Notes under the pieces: generated by a model
The model's database searches: none
What the model was told of the DNA's origin: nothing
What the model saw: only the letters and a program-made list of their open reading frames with translations
Position numbers and translations under genes: made by a program
Assembly: GCA_018653485.1 (NCBI GenBank)
Contig: JABHZE010000003.1
Location: forward strand, 2,539 to 66,538
DNA: 64,000 bases
Origin: an archaeon
GTDB taxonomy: Archaea; Nanobdellota; Nanobdellia; Pacearchaeales; GW2011-AR1
Direction of reading: 5' to 3'
Part shown: positions 1 to 9,444 of the stretch, piece by piece
Layout: each line of letters begins with the position of its first letter
Position numbering within the stretch: the first letter of the stretch is position 1

Positions 1-122
1 TACTTTATCTGGGAATTATATTGGTGATTAATTTAAACTAAGTTCAAATTTTAATTAAATTAATAATTTTTATTCTAAGTTTTCTCAAAAACATTTATAT
101 AGTAAATTGTTTTATATGGTTT

Positions 123-1919
123 ATGAAAAGAGGTAAGGTGAAGGCGCAATCGCAGATTATTGTAACAGTCTTGATTATATTATTAATTCTTGCATTAATT
201 GTAATTGTTTGGGTTATTGTTCAAAATATGATTCAAGGAAATGCTGATGATATTGATGTAGACCCTTTTGGATTAGATGCTGAATTGAATTATTATTTAG
301 AAAATAATAAAAGTGGAGTTTTTAGTGTTAAACGAGGAGCAGGTGGAGGAAATATAAGTGAGGTGAGATTAATTTTTACATTAAGTAATGGAAGCACTAT
401 AAGTTATTTGAATGATAGTTTGGTTCCGGGAGAATTAGAAACTACAACTTATTATATTAAAAGTATGGATTTAGGTTTGATTAATTTTTTAGATGTTGAG
501 TCTGTTGCTGTTCATTATGGTTATGGTGAAGATGGAGTTACTGGGGAATTAGATAGTGCTACAGAAGGTTCTAAACCAGATCCTGATGCAGAGTGTGTTC
601 CATTAGTTTGTGGGACTGATTTTGGTTGTGGAGATAATTTAGATGGTTGTGGAAGTGTTTTGGAATGTGGAGATTGTAGTAGTGGTGTTTGTAGTCTTTT
701 AGGAAGATGTTATACTCCTTCAGATGATGATGGGGATGGAGATCCTGATTGTACTCCTAATTGTGGTGGAAAAGAATGTGGTAGAGATGGGTGTGGTGGA
801 AGTTGTGGTAGTTGTGCTGGTGATGAAATATGTGCAGATGGAGATTGTATAGATAGGCCTATTGTTGTTCATAGTGATTGTTTTGGAGATAGAGGTGATG
901 GGGTTTATGAGATATGTACTTGTGATGATTTGCAGAGGATTGATGAGGTAGCTAATTTAGATAAAGATTATATTTTAATGAATGATATTGAATGTTCTGA
1001 AATTACTAATTTTAATCCTATTGGAGATAATGATAATAAGTTTGAAGGAAATTTTGATGGGGATAATTTTGTGATTTCAGATTTAACTATTAATATGGAT
1101 TCAGAGAATTTTGTAGGATTATTTGGTTATATTAATCTTGGTGCAAATATCCATAATGTTGGTTTAACAAATGTAGATATTACTGGAAAGGGTTATGTTG
1201 GAGGATTGGTTGGAAATTTAGGTGGAGGAGAGATTAGGGATTGTTCTTCAACAGGAGATGTTTCTGGTTCTAATTATGTTGGAGGATTGGTTGGATATTG
1301 TTATGGAGGTGATATTTATAATTCTTTTTCAACAGTAGATATTAGTGGAAGTAGTAGTTCTATTGGGGGATTGGTTGGTAGTGTGGGTAATGGAAATATT
1401 TATAATTCTTATGCGACAGGAGATGTTTCTGGTTCTAATTATGTTGGAGGATTGGTTGGATATTATTATAAGAACACCATTTATAATTCTTATGCGACAG
1501 GAGATGTTTCTGGTTCTAATTATGTTGGAGGATTGGTTGGTAGAACTTATAGAAATATTTATAATTCTTATGCGACAGGAAATATTAGTGCAAACAATAA
1601 TTATGTTGGGGGATTAATAGGAGAAAGTAGTGGAGAGATTAATAATTCTTATGCGATAGGAGATGTTTCTGGTTCTAATTATGCTGGAGGATTGGTTGGT
1701 AAACATAATAATGGTGAAAAAATCATTAATTCTTATTATTATAATAGTGATAATAATCCTGCTTATTGTTCTGGTTCTGATCTAATAGGTAGTCCAGAGT
1801 GTAGCCATATTGGTAATTTAGATTATTTTTACTCTTTATCAAATCCTCCAATGGATTCATGGACTCCAGGAGAATGGGTTGAAGTTAGTGATAGTTATCC
1901 TGTTTTATCTTGGCAATAG
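123..1919 (+). CDS. Class III signal peptide (pilin-like) surface adhesin with Cys-rich linker and GLUG-repeat domain
   Basis: KVKAQ/SQIIVTVLIILL prepilin-type N-terminus; CTPNCGGKECGRDGCGGSCGSC motif; repeated VGGLVG...IYNSYATGDVSG GLUG units. Confidence 0.8.
   Translation: MKRGKVKAQSQIIVTVLIILLILALIVIVWVIVQNMIQGNADDIDVDPFGLDAELNYYLENNKSGVFSVKRGAGGGNISEVRLIFTLSNGSTISYLNDSLVPGELETTTYYIKSMDLGLINFLDVESVAVHYGYGEDGVTGELDSATEGSKPDPDAECVPLVCGTDFGCGDNLDGCGSVLECGDCSSGVCSLLGRCYTPSDDDGDGDPDCTPNCGGKECGRDGCGGSCGSCAGDEICADGDCIDRPIVVHSDCFGDRGDGVYEICTCDDLQRIDEVANLDKDYILMNDIECSEITNFNPIGDNDNKFEGNFDGDNFVISDLTINMDSENFVGLFGYINLGANIHNVGLTNVDITGKGYVGGLVGNLGGGEIRDCSSTGDVSGSNYVGGLVGYCYGGDIYNSFSTVDISGSSSSIGGLVGSVGNGNIYNSYATGDVSGSNYVGGLVGYYYKNTIYNSYATGDVSGSNYVGGLVGRTYRNIYNSYATGNISANNNYVGGLIGESSGEINNSYAIGDVSGSNYAGGLVGKHNNGEKIINSYYYNSDNNPAYCSGSDLIGSPECSHIGNLDYFYSLSNPPMDSWTPGEWVEVSDSYPVLSWQ
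1249..1700 (+). repeat. In-frame near-identical ~60-bp GLUG repeat cores with variable linkers
   Basis: ACAGGAGATGTTTCTGGTTCTAATTATGTTGGAGGATTGGTTGG recurs 4 times (one copy with 2 mismatches), mostly preceded by TATAATTCTTATGCG. Confidence 0.9.
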
Positions 1920-1979
1920 TTTTTTGATTTAATTTATTCTATCCTGAAGATTTAAATATAAATGTGAGTTCTATATTTT

Positions 1980-3050
1980 ATGAAAAAAAGTAAGGTAAAG
2001 GGTCAATCGCAAGTAATAATTGCAATTTTGATTATTGTGATAGTTCTTGTATTAATTGTTATTGTTTGGGGAGTTGTTCAGAATATTATTCAAGGGAATC
2101 TTGAGAGTGCAAATACTCAGCCATTTGAATTAGAGGCAGATTTAGTTTATAGTTATGGGAATCCTGGTGTCTTTAGGGTTACTCGGGATGGGACTGGGGG
2201 TGGAGAAATAAATGAAGTTAGATTAATTTTTTCTTTGAAAAATGGAAAAAGTGCAGTATATAAGAATGACACTACTTTTCCAGAAGAGTTAGAGAGTGTT
2301 ACATATTATGTTAAGACCTCTGATATTGGAATTGGTGGTTTTGATGAAGTTGAATTTGTTTCAGTGCATTATGGTTATGGTAATGGTAAAGTTACTCCTG
2401 AGTTAGATAAAGGGACAGAAAGTTTTACTCCTCTCTCCCCTAGTGGACCTGTTGTTGTTCCCCCAAGTTGTGTTCCTGATAAAACTTGTGTTGATTATAT
2501 CGGGCAATGTGGAATTGGATTAGATAATGGATGTGAGAATATTTTAGATTGTAGTGGTAATTGTGGTGTTGGAGAGGTTTGTGAGATTGATAATTGTGTT
2601 TTAGATTCTGTTTGGGTGGTTTCAAATAATAATGTTTGTGAAGGAGAATTGTTTTTGGGTGGGCATGAATGTATAAATGCTAATGATGGTGATGTAAATA
2701 CTCCTTGGACTACTAAAAAACTTGTTGGAGAAGTTATTGATTCAAATATAATAAATGATTTTGGAGAATTGAAATGTGTTTCAGGAGTAAAGGTTTATTC
2801 TTTCCTTGGTATTTTGGGTCTTCAAACTGCAAATATTAAAGTATCTGAAAATAATATTGATTGGGTAGAGGTTCAAAACTCTTGGGGGCTTGATACAGAA
2901 CATTGGAATGAAATTGAATTTAATGAGGTTAAGGCAAGATATGTTAGGTTGAGTTTTACTGATTGCCCTCATGAGTTAGATATTGGGGGAATTAATCATC
3001 ATCTTTGTCAAATTTCTGAATATAAGTTGAAAGTTAGGGATAATTGTTAG
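1980..3050 (+). CDS. Class III signal peptide pilin-like protein, paralog of 123..1919, with C-terminal discoidin/F5-8-like domain
   Basis: KVKGQ/SQVIIAIL; N-terminal ~145 aa align with previous ORF (GGGEINEVRLIF, VHYGYG); C-terminal KARYVRL...ISE motif. Confidence 0.72.
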   Translation: MKKSKVKGQSQVIIAILIIVIVLVLIVIVWGVVQNIIQGNLESANTQPFELEADLVYSYGNPGVFRVTRDGTGGGEINEVRLIFSLKNGKSAVYKNDTTFPEELESVTYYVKTSDIGIGGFDEVEFVSVHYGYGNGKVTPELDKGTESFTPLSPSGPVVVPPSCVPDKTCVDYIGQCGIGLDNGCENILDCSGNCGVGEVCEIDNCVLDSVWVVSNNNVCEGELFLGGHECINANDGDVNTPWTTKKLVGEVIDSNIINDFGELKCVSGVKVYSFLGILGLQTANIKVSENNIDWVEVQNSWGLDTEHWNEIEFNEVKARYVRLSFTDCPHELDIGGINHHLCQISEYKLKVRDNC

Positions 3051-3191
3051 ATATTTTTATTACTACTATGTTGAAATTGTGTAAATTTATTATGCTGTGT
3101 TGATGATATTGCAAGAGTTGTTTGGTGATATGAGTTGAGTTAGTTTTATTAAGTTGTGTAAGTATTATTAATTATTCATAGGTGAAAATAG

Positions 3192-3965
3192 ATGGGAAAA
3201 ATAATATTAGGGCCTGCAGGATTAGGGCCTGTGAAGGATGCTATTGGGAATTTAGAAGAATATCATAAACTGGGTTTTAGGGCTTGTGAGATTGCATTTA
3301 CTTATAGTATTTATATCCATAAGGAAGAAGATATGAAAAGGATTGGTGAGAAAGCTGAGGATTTAGGGATTAGATTGAGTATTCATGCACCTTATTGGAT
3401 TAATTTGAATAGTAAGGAAAAGCAGAAGATTGAAGATAGTAAGAAAAGGATTCTTAGTTGTTGTGAGGTTGGGGAGAAAATGGGGGCTAAAAGAGTTGTT
3501 TTTCATCCTGGTTTTTATTCTGGGATGGATGAAGAAGAGACTTATGGGAATATAAAAGATGCTGTATTAGATATGCAAAAAGAGATAAAAGGTAATGGAT
3601 GGGAGATTGAGCTTGCTCCTGAAGTAATGGGTAAGATAAATGTTTTTGGAAGTCCAGAGCAGATTGCTAGATTAGTGAAAGATACTGGATGTAAATTTTG
3701 TATTGATTTTGCACATGTTCTGGCTAGAGAGAAGAAAGTGGATTATGTTAAGATTAAGAAATTATTTGCTAATGAAAATAGTTGGCATTGCCATTTTTCA
3801 GGCATTGAATATGGTGAAAAAGGTGAGAAAAGGCATGTAAAAACTCCCATTGAGAGATGGAGAGAATTATTAAAAAATTTACCTAAAGATAAAAATATTG
3901 TGATTATAAATGAGAGTCCTGATATGGTAAATGATTGTGTTGAAGGGTTGAGGATTTTGGGGTGA
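3192..3965 (+). CDS. nfo: Endonuclease IV (AP endonuclease family 2 TIM barrel)
   Basis: SIHAPYWINL, VVFHPG, E-MGK...FGS, CIDFAH, HCHFSGIEYG..GE..H motifs. Confidence 0.88.
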   Translation: MGKIILGPAGLGPVKDAIGNLEEYHKLGFRACEIAFTYSIYIHKEEDMKRIGEKAEDLGIRLSIHAPYWINLNSKEKQKIEDSKKRILSCCEVGEKMGAKRVVFHPGFYSGMDEEETYGNIKDAVLDMQKEIKGNGWEIELAPEVMGKINVFGSPEQIARLVKDTGCKFCIDFAHVLAREKKVDYVKIKKLFANENSWHCHFSGIEYGEKGEKRHVKTPIERWRELLKNLPKDKNIVIINESPDMVNDCVEGLRILG

Positions 3966-4066
3966 GGGAGATTTGGGAGTTAAGAGAGGGGGTGAATGGG
4001 TTTTTGGATGGGTGAGTTTGAGAGATAGAAAATTTTAAATATAATGGGTTTATCTAGATTATTAGA

Positions 4067-4261
4067 ATGGAAACACAAATGAATGATTTGATTAATGAAA
4101 TAAAACAACTTAGAATGGATGTTAATATTATTAAAGAAAAACTTGAGGATGGAGAATTAACAGATTGGGCTAAGGAAGAGTTAAAAAAGGCAAGAAACCA
4201 ACCAGAAGAAAATTATATTGATTTAGAGGATTTAAGAAAAGAGATTGAAAATGAGATCTAA
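4067..4261 (+). CDS. Putative antitoxin upstream of RelE
   Basis: Small acidic protein overlapping the downstream relE-like gene. Confidence 0.7.
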   Translation: METQMNDLINEIKQLRMDVNIIKEKLEDGELTDWAKEELKKARNQPEENYIDLEDLRKEIENEI

Positions 4262-4499
4262 GGTTAAATTTAGTCCTCAAGCAAAAAAGTTTATCAAAAA
4301 ATTAGATAAGAATGAATCCTTGAGAATTTTAGATAAATTAAATGATGTAAGAGAAGATCCTTTTAGATATCTTGAGCATTTTGAAGGAGAGGGACATAAA
4401 CTAAGAATTGGGGATTATAGGGCATTAATTGATGTAAATTTTAATACAAAGATTTTGATTGTTAGAGTTTTAGATAAGAGGGGAAGAATTTATAAGTAA
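4251..4499 (+). CDS. relE: RelE/ParE family toxin
   Basis: FSPQAKKFIKKLD, KLRIGDYRAL, RGRIYK C-terminus. Confidence 0.85.
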   Translation: MRSKVKFSPQAKKFIKKLDKNESLRILDKLNDVREDPFRYLEHFEGEGHKLRIGDYRALIDVNFNTKILIVRVLDKRGRIYK

Positions 4500-4597
4500 A
4501 TTAGGATTAAGAATATTGATATATGCTCAGTATGGTTTTTTAGGCAATGCTGAGCCATTAAATATTAAAAACCACCAAAGTATACTAAGGTATACTT

Positions 4598-4924
4598 TTA
4601 TTCATTATCTGAATCATACTCTTTTCTTGCATGTGTTCTTTTGTCAATTCCTGATAGAATTTTCTGAGATTTTTCAGGGTCTTTTCTGCAGTGATTTAAG
4701 ATATATAGCATCTTTTTTAAGACTTCATCATAGGTCTCTTTTGGATGTTCTTTAAACCTTTCTAGTCTTTCTTTTGTTTCTTTAGAAAGCTTAATGGTTG
4801 TTATAGTATTTTCAGAACGATTTGTTTTTTTAGAATTATTATTAGGTTTTTCTTTATTTTTATCCTCGCTGTTTCTTGATTTTCTTTGTTTTCTTTCTTG
4901 AGGGTTTTGTTGTTTTTCTTTCAT
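4598..4924 (-). CDS. Small ribbon-helix-helix-like DNA-binding protein
   Basis: TTIKLSKETKERL...ETYDEVL pattern (beta strand plus two helices); basic disordered N-terminus. Confidence 0.6.
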   Translation of the reverse strand: MKEKQQNPQERKQRKSRNSEDKNKEKPNNNSKKTNRSENTITTIKLSKETKERLERFKEHPKETYDEVLKKMLYILNHCRKDPEKSQKILSGIDKRTHARKEYDSDNE

Positions 4925-5066
4925 TTTCTTAGGTATACTGATCTATACCTGGGGATACTATATAAGTGTTTCGCATATTGTAATTATTCTTGAGTTACTA
5001 CACTACCGAAATGTTTATAAACAGATTTTATGTCCTATGTTTAACTAAATTTTACGAAAACCTAAC

Positions 5067-6326
5067 ATGAAAAACAAAGCAATTTTGGTTTCTTTTATAG
5101 CATTATTCGCTATAGTTTTAACTTTAAGTGCAGTTAGCGCAACTTTGACTAGCTCTGATGTTATCGTTAAAGTTAACGATGTAACAGTAAGTGATAGTTC
5201 AACTGTTGTTGTAGGAAAAGTATCTGATACTGTTCCTGTACAAGTTAAGTTTACACCATCAGCAGACTTAGATGTTGACGAAGTAGAAATAGAAGTATAC
5301 ACTGTGGGTTACAGAGATGATATCTCTGAAACAAGCATTGTAACAACTGGTTTAGAATCAGGAGTTACTTATGTTGAAAGATTCACTGTTGAACTTCCAT
5401 CTGCTTTAGATTTGGATAAGGATGCTGAAACTGAAGAGCTTTCTCTTTTTGTTAAGATTAGTTCAAAGAACAATGAAATCTTTGAAGAATCTTATACTAT
5501 AAGTATGCAAAAGAATAGTGAAAGTTTAACTCTTTTATCTGTTGAAACAGTTGATGAAGCTGTTGCAGGTAATAGAATCTCAGTTGATGTGGTTGTTCAG
5601 AACGATGGTTCTGACAGACTTGACGATGTTTATGTTATTGCTTCAATCCCTGAATTAGGGATTAGAGAAAGAGTATATGCTGGAGACATTGAATCTGATC
5701 AAGACCAAGATTATGACAACATCAGAGACACTGTTAACAAGAAAGTATACTTGACTATACCTACAAACGCCATTCCAGGTGTTTATGATATAGAAGTTGA
5801 AGCTTCTAACAGAGACGCAAGCGTAACTGCAAAGGAATCAATTGTTATTAGCGATGTTCAATCTGGAGTTCACTCTAGTACATCTGTTAAGACAATTGAA
5901 TTAGGTTCTGAAGCAACATTTGATGTTATTTTGGTTAATCCAAATGATAGAACTGTTGTTTATCAATTAGTACCAAGCGAAAGCACTGGTTTAATTGTTG
6001 AATCTGATACTCCGGTAGTTGCAATTTCTGCTGATTCTAGCAGAGTTGTGAAAGTTAATGTTAAAGCTACAGACAGTGCAGAAGAAGGTACACACCTTAT
6101 CGGTGTAAATGTTGTTAACGCAGACACAGGCGAGATAGTTAAGCAAGTTAGTTTCAATGTTAATGTTGAAGGAAAATCTTCTTCTACATCTACAGAAACA
6201 GACTTTGTATTAATTCTTACTGTTGTTTTAGTTATCATATTTGTAGTACTTTTGATCGTACTTATTGTGCTATTGACTAAAAGACCTGAAGAACCTGAAG
6301 AATTCGGAGAAACAAGTTATTACTAG
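5067..6326 (+). CDS. Putative S-layer / major surface protein (Ig-like domains, C-terminal TM anchor)
   Basis: Signal peptide; acidic Val/Ser/Thr-rich beta domains; C-terminal TM plus short tail; more C-ending codons than neighbours; T-rich terminator. Confidence 0.7.
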   Translation: MKNKAILVSFIALFAIVLTLSAVSATLTSSDVIVKVNDVTVSDSSTVVVGKVSDTVPVQVKFTPSADLDVDEVEIEVYTVGYRDDISETSIVTTGLESGVTYVERFTVELPSALDLDKDAETEELSLFVKISSKNNEIFEESYTISMQKNSESLTLLSVETVDEAVAGNRISVDVVVQNDGSDRLDDVYVIASIPELGIRERVYAGDIESDQDQDYDNIRDTVNKKVYLTIPTNAIPGVYDIEVEASNRDASVTAKESIVISDVQSGVHSSTSVKTIELGSEATFDVILVNPNDRTVVYQLVPSESTGLIVESDTPVVAISADSSRVVKVNVKATDSAEEGTHLIGVNVVNADTGEIVKQVSFNVNVEGKSSSTSTETDFVLILTVVLVIIFVVLLIVLIVLLTKRPEEPEEFGETSYY

Positions 6327-6484
6327 ACTTATTTTCTTTTTTTTTATTTTTTTTATAACTTTTTTTATTGATGAATTCTTTTTTTTCTTTTTTTGAAAAA
6401 GAGAGGGTGATTAAATGAGGGGATTAATTTAGAGGAATTTGGAGGGTGTGATGAGATTTTTTAAGAAATTATTGATAATGTAAA

Positions 6485-7108
6485 TTATACATATACTTCT
6501 CTTTTAGGAAATTCAGGATAATTTAGAACTAATAAATCATTTTCGAGATGAGCGTAAGCTCTTTTGTAATAACTCTTGTTCTCAAAATCTGCTCTTGTGT
6601 AATAGAAATTTATTTTGCCATATTTTGCATCATAGTATCCATGTTCTACAACTTCATCATTAATAACATGGCTAAATAAAAAACCATCTCTAAAATATAA
6701 TACGTTTTCTTCATTGTTACAAATATCATTAGGTGCAAAATCAATATTTGTTGAGACTAAATGCCTGGGCCTATTTTTTATCTGCATTGTGCTTGTTACA
6801 GGAGTTTTTATTGTTGGTGCCTTAATAGTTATTTCTTGAGTAGTTGAATCAGATGGTGTAGATGAAGGTGTTGATGAAGGAGTTTGTGTTCCTGATGGGC
6901 CTGATGTTGCGCCGGTTCTAGAATCTATTGAAGGCACTTCTTGTGGTTCTGTAGGGGATAAAGAAGTGGCAGTGCCTGCTAAGTCTTCATCTGCAAGAGT
7001 TTCTTGTTGAGATATTTTTGTTGTGATGTTTATTGCTAATAATGAGGCTATAACTAGAATGAATAATACTGTTATGGATATTAGTGTTATTTTTGTTGTT
7101 TTTCTCAT
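6485..7108 (-). CDS. Membrane-anchored hypothetical protein with Ser/Thr/Pro linker
   Basis: N-terminal TM, TPSS repeats, globular C-terminus. Confidence 0.6.
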   Translation of the reverse strand: MRKTTKITLISITVLFILVIASLLAINITTKISQQETLADEDLAGTATSLSPTEPQEVPSIDSRTGATSGPSGTQTPSSTPSSTPSDSTTQEITIKAPTIKTPVTSTMQIKNRPRHLVSTNIDFAPNDICNNEENVLYFRDGFLFSHVINDEVVEHGYYDAKYGKINFYYTRADFENKSYYKRAYAHLENDLLVLNYPEFPKREVYV

Positions 7109-7156
7109 TTTGTTTTTGTTTTTTATTTAGTTGGGTTTTGATTTATTTAAGGTTGA

Positions 7157-9352
7157 TTATTGTTGCCGGGTATTATATCTTTCTGGGTTTTGTAAAATAT
7201 TATTTATTCCTGATTGGATTTCTTCAGCAGTATTTACAGGTGGTTGGCTAAGGGGATTATAGCCTTGTGATTTATGATAATAAATAACCTCTCCATCCTT
7301 AGTTAAAAGATAATTTACTTGAGGTAATGCTCCTCCTCCATAAGTTTCTTTGTAAAGTCTTCCAATCTCTGAAGTTAAATCTAATCTCCCGCCAGGTAAT
7401 TCGGGGATAAGATGATCTATTATTGTTACTTTTAGATTATTTCTATTATTATTGGTTATTGTTGTAAAAACCTGTGCTTGTTTCATTGCTCTGCACGGTC
7501 CGCAAGATGAAGAGGTAAATCTAGTAATTGTTAGATGGTAGTTAGGTTCTGGTTCTGGTTCTACGGGAGGTTCTACTGGAGGTTGTGTAGGTGGTTGTGT
7601 AGGAGGTTCGGGATATGTAGAATCTTCACAAGAAGGGGCAGGCTCAGGTGGAGGGGAGGATAGTGGAGGAATTGGAGTAACTATATCAGGTGATGGTAGG
7701 ATAGGATCATCGCCACAAGTACAAGCATTACATCCTCTCTGAACTGCTTCTATGTCATCCTTATAAGATTTGCCTAGTTGAGATTTGACGTATTCTACCC
7801 ATTCTTTTTCGAAATCTGAAGTGTCTTCTAGGCCAAAGTATTCTTCTAATGCACCATCCCAATCATCTTCTAAACTAGCCTTTTTTGTCATTTCTAAAAT
7901 ATCTCGTTTTGCTCCGCAAGGATCTTTTCCTTGTTTTTTTAGTTCTTCACTTCTTATTTTATATAGATATTCAACCATGCTTGAACATTGAGCATAAAAT
8001 GTTTCAACATTTTCAGGGTAATCGCTCATCTCAAGAATCTCATCAAAAGGGACATGCTCTTGAACAAATAAATCTTTTATAAGCTTTTTAAATCTCCTAC
8101 ATTTTGTTTCTTGATTTTGATTCAAGGTTGATACACCTTCTTCCATACAAGATCCTGCCATCCCAGGGAGCGCTTCCATTTGTTCTCCAAATAAATATGC
8201 AGAAATTATATGTTGAGTTTCATGAGCGATTGTAGACTCTAAAATATCTGAAGGAGTTCCAATTAAATTTCCAGTAGTAGGAGTAACCCCTGTTCTAGAA
8301 ACCTCTCCTCCTGCATGAATTGCATCTATCTCTTTAACTTGAAATTTTACTCTTGGGGATAAAAATCCTGCCATTTGATCTTTACTAGTTATCATCCCAT
8401 ATTGAACTGCATTTACACATAAACTCCATTCCAATGTTAATGCATACTGACAAGCACTAACTGTAGGTTCAGTTGGAGGATTATCTTCATCTATTGTTAC
8501 ATCTACCTGAAAATTAGCAGATCCAAAATAAGTTCCTTGAGCATAGGCCTGACTGCAAGTTGTTTCTATATCTTTGTTTAAATCTTCTTTACTTCCGCAA
8601 ATCTTATCTGTTTTATCTTCGCAAGGATTAGGGGAATCAGGGCATTTACAATCTTCTTTCTCTTTTTTCTTGCATTTCCCATAACCATCACAAAGCCCAT
8701 AGCCCTTGTTACACCCATAACCCTCTTTAGCCTTATCTGCTTGGCAGATTCCGGTGTTCCCAGGCCCAACTTTAAAGTGGAAGGTGTAGGTTTCTGTATC
8801 TGTTCTTAAAACCTCCAAAGGATTATTTTTTACATATTGTATTGTTACCACCATTGTCTGGGTTTTATCATTATTTATTGTCCCTTTAATTGGAATTTCA
8901 ATTTGAGTTACTGGATGATTAACATCAATTGCATCAGAGCCCCCATAAATGAAAGTTATGAAATCATATTCAAAAACCCCCTTAACAAATGGTTCAACAT
9001 CTAGGATTAGAGTAGTGTCTATTAATTGTCCTGCCCCAATGTTTAATGAAAAAGTATTATCGTCTTGAGGAATTAATACTCCCTCTTTAACACACTTCAA
9101 ACAATCCTTACAATTTCCATAACCATAGCCACATTTTTCTCCTATTTCATTCCCTTCTTCTTGAAAAACTGCTTGTTGTATGGAAAACTTAAAAATATCT
9201 AAAAATCTTTCAAAAAGTCCAATAGATGCTAATTCTCCATCTTCTTCTACTTCTTTAACTGATAAAGATGAGATAATAAATAGGAATACTATAACGATTA
9301 ATACTAATATAGTTAGAAATACAACTCTCTTTTTAACATCCCCTTTTCTCAT
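7157..9352 (-). CDS. Membrane-anchored protein: Cys-rich region, zincin (peptidase MA-like) domain, Pro-rich linker, thioredoxin-like domain
   Basis: AHETQH (HExxH) plus downstream EEG; PPTQPP linker; FTSSSCGPCRAM CxxC. Confidence 0.72.
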   Translation of the reverse strand: MRKGDVKKRVVFLTILVLIVIVFLFIISSLSVKEVEEDGELASIGLFERFLDIFKFSIQQAVFQEEGNEIGEKCGYGYGNCKDCLKCVKEGVLIPQDDNTFSLNIGAGQLIDTTLILDVEPFVKGVFEYDFITFIYGGSDAIDVNHPVTQIEIPIKGTINNDKTQTMVVTIQYVKNNPLEVLRTDTETYTFHFKVGPGNTGICQADKAKEGYGCNKGYGLCDGYGKCKKKEKEDCKCPDSPNPCEDKTDKICGSKEDLNKDIETTCSQAYAQGTYFGSANFQVDVTIDEDNPPTEPTVSACQYALTLEWSLCVNAVQYGMITSKDQMAGFLSPRVKFQVKEIDAIHAGGEVSRTGVTPTTGNLIGTPSDILESTIAHETQHIISAYLFGEQMEALPGMAGSCMEEGVSTLNQNQETKCRRFKKLIKDLFVQEHVPFDEILEMSDYPENVETFYAQCSSMVEYLYKIRSEELKKQGKDPCGAKRDILEMTKKASLEDDWDGALEEYFGLEDTSDFEKEWVEYVKSQLGKSYKDDIEAVQRGCNACTCGDDPILPSPDIVTPIPPLSSPPPEPAPSCEDSTYPEPPTQPPTQPPVEPPVEPEPEPNYHLTITRFTSSSCGPCRAMKQAQVFTTITNNNRNNLKVTIIDHLIPELPGGRLDLTSEIGRLYKETYGGGALPQVNYLLTKDGEVIYYHKSQGYNPLSQPPVNTAEEIQSGINNILQNPERYNTRQQ

Positions 9353-9444
9353 TGTTATTGAAGGTTAAATGCGTTTATAAGTATTTTGTGAGACTATACT
9401 TCAATACTCAGAACCTTTTCGAAAAAGCTTCACCAAAACCTGGA

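Noticed and set aside
1249-1700. Repeat-spacer pattern resembling a CRISPR array or DGR TR/VR pair
   Set aside because: The repeats are in-frame GLUG coding units of ~60 bp. There are no cas or reverse transcriptase genes, and the differences are not adenine-specific.
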